Shown: positions 17,477 through 26,644, counted from the first letter of the stretch. The stretch: 34,721 nucleotides of DNA from an uncultured bacterium (GCA_903911455.1 CAIWDQ010000623.1:1-34721); one strand, 5' to 3'. Numbers and translations: made by a program. The notes: a model not told the origin generated them from the letters alone.

Positions 17477-18349
17477 TTAATGAGTTTTTGTCATATCATC
17501 TGGTATACAGAGGATATAATCAGCTTTATTTAAAGTTTCTTTTGATAATTCGTTAATATTTTCCTGCTCTGTTGAAGCTATAGTTATTATTTTTAGAGTT
17601 GGATCCATTTGTTTTAGATACCAAACAATACCTTCATGATCTTCAGAATGATAAGAGCCATTAAAGTGTAGGAATACTTTTCCTTTAGTCCTGTTTTTCA
17701 TAATAAAATAAGCCATCGTTGCATCCTTTATAGCTTGTGCCTTAGGTAGATTTGGTGTTATATGAGCTGCAGCCATATTTGTAGAATCCTTGCCCATCAT
17801 ATCTTTATAACATTTAAGCTCTTTGTCATATTTAGGTGGCAAAGGGGCAATAAATTTCTTTGCTTCTACATCAAGAGCATCCAGTGCTTCAAATCCGCCT
17901 TTATTAACCATTGAAGCATATCTTCGTGGTATGTTTGTAGCTATAAAAGGTATCTGATTTTTAAGCGAAAATGTAAGTAAAGCCTTATAATCTGTTTTAT
18001 AATTTGGCCATAATTTAGCTTCAGCTTCAAAACTTTTTTCTGAAACACGTTTTGATAAATATTCATTTAAGATTAACTGATTATCGGCTTCAAACATTTC
18101 AGCGCCAAGCACTAAATTGTTTTTCTTTTCTTTATAAAGATCTTTTGCAACCTGTAATTCCAACCAATGACAGATTGGATTCTCATGCATCTCACCAAAA
18201 AATACGATATCAGCTTTCTGCAAATCGTCCATCATTGATTCATAGGAAGATTTGCTCCCTTTTGCATCATAAATAATATAAGCAGGTTTATCAAACTTCA
18301 TGGCAATTGTTGTAAGAAAGATAATTAATAAAAGAATTTTGTGTTTCAT
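17477..18349 (-). CDS. ChaN-family (haem-binding/iron-regulated) exported protein
   Basis: DIVFFGEMH, GAEMF, AQAIKDATMA and NGSYH motifs. Confidence 0.82.
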   Translation of the reverse strand: MKHKILLLIIFLTTIAMKFDKPAYIIYDAKGSKSSYESMMDDLQKADIVFFGEMHENPICHWLELQVAKDLYKEKKNNLVLGAEMFEADNQLILNEYLSKRVSEKSFEAEAKLWPNYKTDYKALLTFSLKNQIPFIATNIPRRYASMVNKGGFEALDALDVEAKKFIAPLPPKYDKELKCYKDMMGKDSTNMAAAHITPNLPKAQAIKDATMAYFIMKNRTKGKVFLHFNGSYHSEDHEGIVWYLKQMDPTLKIITIASTEQENINELSKETLNKADYILCIPDDMTKTH

Positions 18350-18367
18350 ATGATATGTTTATTATGT

Positions 18368-18853
18368 TTATTTAAGATTATCAGCATTAAAAACAAAAGG
18401 AAGCAGGTTTTCAATACCATTAATAATAAGTATTTTACCTGATGCTCCTTTAAGTATTATCTTAATATGTTTTTGTTGTTTATGCTCATACTCAGCCATT
18501 ACCTGACGACAAGATCCGCAGGGCGAAACAGGGATATCTATTTCAAACTTATCAGTATGAGCAGTTATTGCAATAGTTTTCATAGCTACATCAGGATATT
18601 GTGATGCTGCTGCAAACATTGCCACTCTCTCGGCACAAAGTCCTGAAGGATAAGCAGCATTTTCCTGATTACTACCACATATTATCTCACCATTATCTAA
18701 TAAAATTGCAGCCCCAACACAAAATCCTGAGTAAGGAGCATAAGCTTTCTTAGTAGTTTCAGTTGCTTTAGCCAAAAGAGTTTTATCTTCTTCAGATAGT
18801 TGATCTAAAGATAGATACTCTTCATAACTTATTTTAATTTCTTTAGTATTCAT
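18368..18853 (-). CDS. cdd: Cytidine deaminase
   Basis: AYAPYS, NQENAAYPSGLCAER and PCGSCRQ motifs. Confidence 0.96.
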   Translation of the reverse strand: MNTKEIKISYEEYLSLDQLSEEDKTLLAKATETTKKAYAPYSGFCVGAAILLDNGEIICGSNQENAAYPSGLCAERVAMFAAASQYPDVAMKTIAITAHTDKFEIDIPVSPCGSCRQVMAEYEHKQQKHIKIILKGASGKILIINGIENLLPFVFNADNLK

Positions 18854-19080
18854 GTTTTTAGATACTGAAATATTTGTCCCAAAATTACTAATAATTATTG
18901 ATTAATTATGAATAATTATTAATGTTTTATTCTTATTTAAATTAGTTCTAATTATAAAGTGATTTAATTGTCTAGTAAATAAGTTATCAACTTTAAGTAA
19001 TATAAAAGTTGTTATCATAAAATATATCGAAACTAAAAAGAGTGATGCTATGTGTTTATATTATAAGCTATTGGTATAAT

Positions 19081-19332
19081 AAAAAAACGTTGCGGATGGG
19101 TAAAACAACTTTGCACCTACATAAAACAACTTTGCGCCTACCTTAAACAACTTTACTCCTTGGTAAAACAACTTTGATTCTGACTAAAACAACATTCCAT
19201 CTGCAAAAAAGAACTTTGATTCTAACTTAAACAACTTTACACCTAAGTTAAACGACTTTACTCTTCTATAAAATAACATTACACCTTCAAAAAAGAACTT
19301 TGATTCTACCTAAAACAACTTTACACTAATAT
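19081..19332. repeat. 21-bp tandem array, 12 units, core (A/T)AAACAACTTT plus 10 variable nt
   Basis: Units start at 19081 (degenerate), 19102, 19123, 19144, 19165, 19186, 19207, 19228, 19249, 19270, 19291 and 19312, with no indels. Confidence 0.95.
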
Positions 19333-19360
19333 TTCATAGTTTCTTATTATAATAAATACT

Positions 19361-19391
19361 AAAAAAGGCTGCCGGAATCCCCAACAGCCTT
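19361..19391 (-). terminator. Rho-independent terminator of the T9SS cargo gene
   Basis: Minus strand reads AAGGCTGTTGG-GGATT-CCGGCAGCCTT-TTTT. Confidence 0.8.
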
Positions 19392-19415
19392 CTCATTTAA
19401 TACAAATCAATCACA

Positions 19416-21335
19416 CTATTTAATTACAACCATCTTTTTAGTTGTTGTACTTTTATCAGTTTTTAAACTATAGAAATAAGTTCCACTAGCAAAGGCATTC
19501 AGATTAATTTCAATAGAATGATAACCTGCTGCTACTCTTCCTTCATTAAATGTCTTAATTTTATTACCTAAAAAATCATAAATATCAATATTTACAGTCT
19601 CAGTTTTCTTAAGTTCATAAGATATCCTTGTAGTATTAGTAGCCGGATTAGGCATGTTCTGATATAAAATTGCATTGGTTAGATTATATTCATTAATATT
19701 ACTTGGAGGACCGGTATAAAATCTAATCATAGCTGGAGCAGTTCCTTTAGGATAATAATACCAGGTGTTATCAGTATCAAAGATATACATACTATAATCA
19801 GGCTGAGGAATTGTACTACTTCCAACTGCTAACCAAACACTATCACTACCCCCAAAAGCTTGCAAAGCCACAAAATAAACTGAATCTTTTTGAAGCTTAC
19901 AATTTGTATAATTATTAAAGTATAAATTTATTTCATGAGGATTATCACCAATAGTATGTACAATTTCGTTAGCTTGAATAAAATGATAATCAGTTTCTGC
20001 AACTACAGTTTTGCTTTGTCCCCAACCCCTATATAATATAGCCTTTATTGGAGCATTAATTGTAGTTCCTTCTCCTATTATTACACCGATTGATTTTGCC
20101 CAAAAGCCAGGATATTCTGCATTCACCTCAACCAGATTTGCGAACTGATAAGCATTCACACTTGATCCATTTACTCCATTCCATCTTCGGTAACCATTAT
20201 AATAATTGTTATCTCTCGAGTAAAGCCCTTGATAATAATTGTTAACTACTAAAGATAAAGTGTCTTTATATGGAATTTGACTAATTGAATCACTTACGAC
20301 CTTTATAGCATATTTATATGTTCCTATGGTACTTAAGGTATCAATATCTACGTAAGTAGTATCAGTAATAATTATAGGTAAGGAATCAATATTAGCAGAG
20401 GTTCCGGTTTTAGAATTCGTTAGATCTTTAATTATTAGTTTAACATTCTTCTGAGTAGCTCCTCCGGTATTCGTAAAAGAAGCCTGCATTGTAACCGGAT
20501 AGCTTTGTCCCGAAGGAAATTTAGTATAGCCACTCCACATTGCAGGAGATTGTGCTGCAAAACCACCCCATAACTCACTAAATTCTATGCGATTGCTAGG
20601 GGCGTCTTCAATAGAAACATCATCTATCATCCATCCATAACCACCACTGTATTGTGCTCCACTTGAGGTAGTAGCAGGTGCAATAAATCTAAATCGTATC
20701 CATACCTGAGCCTTATTACCTGCCCACGGAGTAATATTAAATTCTTTGATTCCATATGCATATTTATTAGCATTGCCATTAGCAGTAATGTCAGGATTTG
20801 CTAATACTTTATACCATGTTACATTATCATTACTTACCTCAATAAGAGTGGTGTCATGATTATATGCTTTATATAACTGATAGAATTTAAGACTTACAGC
20901 ATTATGACCAAGAGTATTGATAGGAGTAGAATTCGTTAGTTTAGAGTTCTCATATCCATAGGTGGAATTTACAAGATTAGTGATCCCATCAAAATAAAAT
21001 ACTCCCTGATTTGCAGTTGGGGATAACATATAAGTAGAAGATCCTACATATTGTTTAAAATAAGTTGAAGCATGGGCAGTATCCTGTATCCATGTCCATT
21101 GAGTAGATAATGTCCCTGATTCGTTTGCAACTGTCCACCCTGATGAAGAACTCATATTTGATGACCAGATTACTGCCCTTGTTTGATTTACATTCTTTAC
21201 AAAATAATGATCAAGGTTTTGATAAGTATTCTTTTCAATCCCTGAAAACTTAACAGGAGCAGGTGATACCTGTTGTCCATTTGTAATAATACTACTAATA
21301 ATTAAAAGTATTATAACTGATAAAAATTTTTTCAT
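19416..21335 (-). CDS. Secreted protein with T9SS type A C-terminal sorting domain
   Basis: Signal peptide; beta-rich body (VWIRFRF, GWMIDDV); C-terminus LYQNMPNPA...IYDFLG...SGTYFYSL...TTKKMVVIK. Confidence 0.9.
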   Translation of the reverse strand: MKKFLSVIILLIISSIITNGQQVSPAPVKFSGIEKNTYQNLDHYFVKNVNQTRAVIWSSNMSSSSGWTVANESGTLSTQWTWIQDTAHASTYFKQYVGSSTYMLSPTANQGVFYFDGITNLVNSTYGYENSKLTNSTPINTLGHNAVSLKFYQLYKAYNHDTTLIEVSNDNVTWYKVLANPDITANGNANKYAYGIKEFNITPWAGNKAQVWIRFRFIAPATTSSGAQYSGGYGWMIDDVSIEDAPSNRIEFSELWGGFAAQSPAMWSGYTKFPSGQSYPVTMQASFTNTGGATQKNVKLIIKDLTNSKTGTSANIDSLPIIITDTTYVDIDTLSTIGTYKYAIKVVSDSISQIPYKDTLSLVVNNYYQGLYSRDNNYYNGYRRWNGVNGSSVNAYQFANLVEVNAEYPGFWAKSIGVIIGEGTTINAPIKAILYRGWGQSKTVVAETDYHFIQANEIVHTIGDNPHEINLYFNNYTNCKLQKDSVYFVALQAFGGSDSVWLAVGSSTIPQPDYSMYIFDTDNTWYYYPKGTAPAMIRFYTGPPSNINEYNLTNAILYQNMPNPATNTTRISYELKKTETVNIDIYDFLGNKIKTFNEGRVAAGYHSIEINLNAFASGTYFYSLKTDKSTTTKKMVVIK

Positions 21336-21452
21336 ATTCTTTGTATTTAAATTGTAATTATTATTCTATTTCCCAATGTAGATATAATAGTGTAAAATTA
21401 CTACAATGTGAAGATAAAAACAACAAATAATAAAAGAAAATGAAAAGAAATC

Positions 21453-21485
21453 AGTTAACGGTAATTTATGAAAAGTTAACGGTAA
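21453..21485 (-). promoter_or_regulatory. Putative LytTR-family regulator binding site (direct repeat, 21-bp period)
   Basis: AGTTAACGGTAA at 21453-21464 and 21474-21485 (TTACCGTTAACT on minus), about 120 bp upstream of the T9SS gene. Confidence 0.6.
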
Positions 21486-21492
21486 AATTGCT

Positions 21493-21520
21493 GTAGGGAC
21501 ATTACATGGAATGTCCCTAC
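21493..21520. repeat. GTAG-type REP palindrome
   Basis: GTAGGGACATT-ACATGG-AATGTCCCTAC, 3 bp past the receptor stop codon, with no U tail. Confidence 0.8.
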
Positions 21521-21523
21521 GGA

Positions 21524-23950
21524 TTAAAATTCAATTATAAAACCTAATGAAGGTGTGAAATTAGAACTTTGATTTTCTAATATCATAGGAATGCCATTGC
21601 TGCCATCAGGTTTCAAAGCATTGCCATCAGTAGTGGCAAAGCCTGAGTTGTCTGCTTTTCTTTTAAAAGTATAAGTAGGAATTCCGGCATTACTTAACAT
21701 TAATACATTGGTAAAGTCTAAATAAAAGTCATAACTAATATGTTTAGCATAGAATTTTTTATCAATACGAAAATCTATTTCTTTATAAGGAGTAAGTTTT
21801 AATGAGTTTAAATGGGTGTAATCTAATATCCCCACACCTGTTGTTACATAATTTTGTTGCGAACTTTGCATATCAAATGGTGTATAAGGTGAAGCACCTG
21901 TTATTCTTACTTTTAATCCTGCCTCCCAGTCTTTCCCAAATTTCTTACCTAAAATACATGATAACAAATGGCGGGTATCCCAAGCTGAAGAGATATAAGT
22001 ATTAGTAGTACCTGTAAACTCACTCCAGAATAGAGTATATGAAGCTGTTATAAATAAATTTTTAATAAGCTTTTGCTGAACAAATAATTCAAAACCATAG
22101 GCACGACCTTTACCAGTACTTAATGTTTTTTCGTTGCCTATTGCACCAAAGTCTCCTCCTTCATTAGCTATTGAAATTCCATCACGAGATGAGACAGGAT
22201 AATTACTGTATTGTTTATAAAAGGCTTCTGTAGTTATACGTAATGAGTTTGTCGGGTTATATTCTAAGCCTGTTACAAAATGATTGCAAAAGATATAATC
22301 ATTGTCTTTGTTAACAAAATCATTAAAATCATTTTTAAAACCTAATATAGTATAAATTGGTATCTTTGCATACCTTCCAACACTTGCATTTACATTCCAC
22401 TTTGAATTTAAAGCATAAGAAAGAGCCACTCTAGGTGATAGATTTTGTAAGAAGTTATTCCCATTAGTCATAAAGGTATTTCCATCAGTTCTAATCCCTA
22501 AGGTAACTGAAAGTTTATCATCAAGTAATTTCTTATTTAATGAAGCAAAAGCTCCGTACTTAAAGAACTCAAGAGCTGTATTAAAATTAAGATTATATCC
22601 CGGAACTAATATATTTCCTGCGCTGTCAGTAATAGTTTTACGTAGTACTGCAAAAGTAGTATTGTTATATTCTACATATTGAGCCATAGCGCCATAACTA
22701 AGCTTCCAGCCATCCATCATTCTAACTACATCAAACCGAAGTTTGTTTTCAATCTCCTGTGATGTAGTTTTGAGTGTTCTTTTACTTTCATCATTTTGCT
22801 GAGCATCTTCAAACTGATCCAGACGATTGTTAAACATATTTCTACTTAAAGATAAATCCCAATAACCTTTATTTAAAAGATGTTTTAAACTCACACCCAT
22901 AGTATAAGTCCATTGATTTATATTAGGATAAGCCCTTAATACATATTCTTTTTCGGGTGTAGAATTCTTAGGCACACCAAAACTAAAATCATCAATTGCT
23001 CCTAAACCAATAGATGTTAAGGTAGTTTTAGGATCAATCTTATAAGTTATCTTATATTGAAAGTCCCAATAATTAGGACGAATAGGTAAATCAATTGCTT
23101 GAAATAAATACTGAAGATACGAACGACGGGCCGATGCCATATAAGTTACTTTATTACTTATAGGTCCATCTAAAGTCAAAGCAAGTTCGGTACTGCTCAA
23201 TCTAATATTTCCTTCTGTTTTATAAGGATTTCCTTCTTTTTGTTTAAATTGTAGGACAGAAGAAAGTGCATTGTCATATTTAGCATTAAAACTACTACTG
23301 CTTAAAGTAACATCGTCAATAAAAGATACATTAAGAATCCCTGCAGGACCTCCTGCACTTCCTTGTGTTGCAAAATGATTGATCTGAGGTACTTCAATGC
23401 CATCAAGATAATATACATTTTCGTTGGGGGCGCCTCCTCTTATAATAATATCATTCCTAAAGCCGGCTGTAGCAGTGGTTCCACTTACGCCCGGTAATAC
23501 TTGTACTACTTTAGAAATGTCGAAGTTACCTCCCGGATTACTCTTAATCTCTTCGGCTGTCATACTTTGAACCGATAGAGGAGTTTCAGTTTGTTTACCA
23601 TAAGTATTAGCAGTAATAGTAACTTCCTTTAAGTCTTTAGACATTGATTCCATCTCAGCATTAATACTGATAGAATTACCTGTCCCTACAATAATATTAT
23701 AAAGTGTTAATGGTTTATAACCAATAAGCTGGAATTTGAGATTATAACTCTTTGGTGTGATGTCTGTGATCTTAAATTTCCCATCTATATCCGCAACAGT
23801 ATTATAACTTGTGTTTTCAATAGAAATGATGGCTCCCGTCAATATTTCCTGTGTTTCCCTATCTTTCACAGTTCCGTAAATAGTACCAGTCTTCTGGGCA
23901 AATATATTTAGTGATAATACGATAAGTGTTATTAAAATTATATGTTTCAT
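21524..23950 (-). CDS. TonB-dependent receptor with N-terminal carboxypeptidase-regulatory-like domain
   Basis: GTIYGTVKD..T, plug motif IIIRGG...NVYYLDG, beta-barrel pattern and C-terminal Phe. Confidence 0.93.
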   Translation of the reverse strand: MKHIILITLIVLSLNIFAQKTGTIYGTVKDRETQEILTGAIISIENTSYNTVADIDGKFKITDITPKSYNLKFQLIGYKPLTLYNIIVGTGNSISINAEMESMSKDLKEVTITANTYGKQTETPLSVQSMTAEEIKSNPGGNFDISKVVQVLPGVSGTTATAGFRNDIIIRGGAPNENVYYLDGIEVPQINHFATQGSAGGPAGILNVSFIDDVTLSSSSFNAKYDNALSSVLQFKQKEGNPYKTEGNIRLSSTELALTLDGPISNKVTYMASARRSYLQYLFQAIDLPIRPNYWDFQYKITYKIDPKTTLTSIGLGAIDDFSFGVPKNSTPEKEYVLRAYPNINQWTYTMGVSLKHLLNKGYWDLSLSRNMFNNRLDQFEDAQQNDESKRTLKTTSQEIENKLRFDVVRMMDGWKLSYGAMAQYVEYNNTTFAVLRKTITDSAGNILVPGYNLNFNTALEFFKYGAFASLNKKLLDDKLSVTLGIRTDGNTFMTNGNNFLQNLSPRVALSYALNSKWNVNASVGRYAKIPIYTILGFKNDFNDFVNKDNDYIFCNHFVTGLEYNPTNSLRITTEAFYKQYSNYPVSSRDGISIANEGGDFGAIGNEKTLSTGKGRAYGFELFVQQKLIKNLFITASYTLFWSEFTGTTNTYISSAWDTRHLLSCILGKKFGKDWEAGLKVRITGASPYTPFDMQSSQQNYVTTGVGILDYTHLNSLKLTPYKEIDFRIDKKFYAKHISYDFYLDFTNVLMLSNAGIPTYTFKRKADNSGFATTDGNALKPDGSNGIPMILENQSSNFTPSLGFIIEF

Positions 23951-24011
23951 AGTGGTTTCAATTGACCCATTTAAACATACTTTTTACTAAAATGTTCACA
24001 GGATAATCTTT

Positions 24012-24063
24012 GTATAGACCTTGAATGCAAAGTCTCATTAAATAAAAAAACCGTCATTGCGAG
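24012..24063. repeat. Decayed REP fragments
   Basis: GTATAGACCTTGAATGCAAAGTCTC imperfect dyad (24012-24036) and a GTCATTGCGAG fragment (24053-24063). Confidence 0.4.
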
Positions 24064-24170
24064 CCCAATACTTTCAGCATACCAAATGAAATTAAAAACC
24101 TGACAAACATTAAAAATCAACTGTATTGATTAATAAAATAATTTAATATTAAATTTTAACAAAGTGTTAA

Positions 24171-24458
24171 TTAAAAAAAAGATAGTAGTTTAAAGTTTCA
24201 AACACCTCCATTTTCAAAAAATATACTGTTTGAAAGTTTCAAGTACTCTTTATTTCAAAAAATATACTGTTTGGAAGTACCAAGTACCATCTTTTTCAAA
24301 AAATATAGTGTTTGAAAGTTTCAGGTAGTATTTTTTTCAAAAAATAAAATGAGAAAAAAGTTTCAAGTACCATCTTTTTCAAAAAATGTATTGTTTGAAA
24401 GTTCCAAGGTGTCCATATTTCAAAAAATACTATAGTTGAAAGTTTCAAAGTGTCTATA
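24171..24458. repeat. 41-bp tandem array, 7 units, two conserved boxes per unit
   Basis: Consensus TTTCAAAAAAT-N7-TTGAAAGTTTCAA-N10. Units start at 24171 (degenerate), 24212, 24253, 24294, 24335 (42 bp), 24377 and 24418. Confidence 0.93.
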
Positions 24459-24552
24459 TTTATTTATCAATGTCTGGCGAAAGTACTCACAGCTTTATAA
24501 AAATATATTTTCATTAGTTAGTAGTTTTTTTTGTATTATATAAATAATGTCG

Positions 24553-24560
24553 TATCTTTG
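24553..24560 (+). promoter_or_regulatory. Bacteroidota -7 box for the beta-barrel gene trio
   Basis: TATCTTTG 26 bp before ATG 24587; TTTG at 24530-24533 gives a 19-nt spacer. Confidence 0.7.
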
Positions 24561-24586
24561 TTCTCTTATTAACAAATATATTACCC

Positions 24587-25231
24587 ATGAAAAGAAAAAC
24601 ATTATTTATTATCTGCCTGATGATAATCAGTTTGCAGCTAACAGCCCAAAGCAAGAAGTTTTATATTGGCTTGATGGGCTCTACAGATTTTTATTATCCT
24701 AAATTTGAAAGCTCATATCAGATTAATACTATTCAAAGAGATCTGGGTTTCCATTATGGTGTTACTATACAATATAATATAAGTGAGAAGTTGTCTATCA
24801 AAACTGGATTAAACTATTCTACTTTCAATTATAAAGTTATAACTAGTTATTTTGATCCAAAATATGGTTTTGGTGGTCATGAGGACAGTTTAAGTTTTAG
24901 GAATTGGAATATTCCAATTATGCTAAAATATTCATTATTTTCAGAAGGTAATTTTAAAATTACTCCCTCTTTAGGATATGTTATTAGTTTTTTAAAAGGT
25001 AATCGTTCATCTTTTTACGTATTTTCATACTCTTTAGATTCAAATAAAGATTATAAATTAACTATGCATTCGACCCAGTTTAATTTAGGCTTAGAATATT
25101 TAATTAAAGATAAAATCCTCATCACCTTAGAGCCCTATATTAATTGGAACTTTACCGAGATAGATGCCATTCTTTATAAAAAGAATACCATTTCCTTTGG
25201 CGAGATATTAAGTATTAACTATAAATTTTAA
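24587..25231 (+). CDS. Outer-membrane beta-barrel protein (PorT/porin-like), paralogue 1
   Basis: Signal peptide, alternating beta-strands, NIPIMLKY motif, terminal SINYKF. Confidence 0.82.
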   Translation: MKRKTLFIICLMIISLQLTAQSKKFYIGLMGSTDFYYPKFESSYQINTIQRDLGFHYGVTIQYNISEKLSIKTGLNYSTFNYKVITSYFDPKYGFGGHEDSLSFRNWNIPIMLKYSLFSEGNFKITPSLGYVISFLKGNRSSFYVFSYSLDSNKDYKLTMHSTQFNLGLEYLIKDKILITLEPYINWNFTEIDAILYKKNTISFGEILSINYKF

Positions 25232-25244
25232 ACACAATATTATT

Positions 25245-25940
25245 ATGAAAAGAAAAATATTAATTAGTATCTGCCTGTTGATATTCAGTTTGCAGATAAA
25301 AGCGCAAGATCATAAGTTTTATTTAGGTATAATGAGTTCTATGGATTACTATAAATTTCAAAGAGATGATTATTCAATCACTTCCTCGAATGATACTTAT
25401 TTGGGATATCATTTGGGAATAAAAGCCCAGTATGATATTAATAAGAAGTTCTCGTTAAGAAGTGGAATTGATTACTCAAAAATAGTAATTAAGTTTGATT
25501 ACACAGGATTCTTGCCAATTGATGCTGCAGACCCATTGCTTATGAATGATCCTAAAAACACAATAGATAAAAGTTATTTTCTTCATATTCCATTAATGGC
25601 AGGTTATACTATATATAAAAAAGGGGGCTTTAGATTCACTCCTTCTTTTGGATATATATTAAATATTAAACTAACTAGTAGGGTAAATACTACTTTAATT
25701 ACATATGATGCACAAAAAAACGCATATATTGAAACACCTCAGTTTACAGTATATAACAATCTGCTTACGTATCATTCGTTGCAGCTAAATTTAGGTTGCG
25801 AATACATGCTTGGCAAGAAATACCTTATCACCTTCGAGCCCTATTTAAACTACATCATTGATAAAAATAATTCTTATCTAAATATATTAAGTTCGCCATT
25901 TACCTTTGGCGGAATAGTAAGTGTTAATTATAGATTGTAA
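25245..25940 (+). CDS. Outer-membrane beta-barrel protein, paralogue 2
   Basis: Same layout; HIPLMAGY, QLNLG, TFEPY, terminal SVNYRL. Confidence 0.82.
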   Translation: MKRKILISICLLIFSLQIKAQDHKFYLGIMSSMDYYKFQRDDYSITSSNDTYLGYHLGIKAQYDINKKFSLRSGIDYSKIVIKFDYTGFLPIDAADPLLMNDPKNTIDKSYFLHIPLMAGYTIYKKGGFRFTPSFGYILNIKLTSRVNTTLITYDAQKNAYIETPQFTVYNNLLTYHSLQLNLGCEYMLGKKYLITFEPYLNYIIDKNNSYLNILSSPFTFGGIVSVNYRL

Positions 25941-25951
25941 ATATTGTTATT

Positions 25952-26620
25952 ATGAAAAGAAAATTATTAATAACTATCTGCCTGTTGATATTCAGTTTGC
26001 AGATAAAAGCACAGCATCATAATTATTATGTTGGCTTAATGTCATCCGTAGATTTTTATAATTATTATTACAACTCGTATGGTAATTTTCATGAAAACAT
26101 TGAAAATAATTTAAGCTATCATTATGGTTTAAAGTTGCAATTTGATGCTAATAATTGGTTTTCGCTACGACAGGGAATATATTTCTCAAGGGTTGCATAT
26201 AGATATGATGATCCATATTTTGGCACAATATATCAAAGTAATCCACTTCAAACTGTTCCCACTTATTATATAATTAAAAATTACTTTATAAATATTCCTT
26301 TTATGGCTGGCTTTACTCTATTTTCAGAAAAGGATTTTAAATTCACGCCTTCAATAGGTTTAATATTAAATATAAATAATAGTTCAAGTTTTACTACTTA
26401 TTATCCTACATATACAACTAACTATACTGATAATTATAATGATATTTCTATTTCTGTTCAACTTAATTTAGGGTTTGAATATTTATATAAAGATAAATTC
26501 CTTTTTACTCTTGAACCTTTAACAACTTTTAAATATGGTAACGAAATAAATAATGGCAATATAATATCTACACCCCGGAATTTTGGAATAATGCTTAGTG
26601 TAAATTATAAATTATTATAA
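25952..26620 (+). CDS. Outer-membrane beta-barrel protein, paralogue 3
   Basis: Same layout; NIPFMAGF, QLNLG, TLEP, terminal SVNYKLL. Confidence 0.82.
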   Translation: MKRKLLITICLLIFSLQIKAQHHNYYVGLMSSVDFYNYYYNSYGNFHENIENNLSYHYGLKLQFDANNWFSLRQGIYFSRVAYRYDDPYFGTIYQSNPLQTVPTYYIIKNYFINIPFMAGFTLFSEKDFKFTPSIGLILNINNSSSFTTYYPTYTTNYTDNYNDISISVQLNLGFEYLYKDKFLFTLEPLTTFKYGNEINNGNIISTPRNFGIMLSVNYKLL

Positions 26621-26644
26621 GTACTTATTTTAATTTATACTTTC

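Noticed and set aside
8780-24458. Canonical CRISPR interpretation of the three arrays
   Set aside because: Periods of 21-41 bp are far below the roughly 60-75 bp repeat-plus-spacer unit, the variable parts are at most 13 nt and related to each other, and no cas genes are present.
24587-26620. Diversity-generating retroelement or inversion shufflon for the paralogue trio
   Set aside because: No reverse transcriptase, no adenine-specific template/variable repeat pair, no recombinase, and all copies lie in direct orientation.
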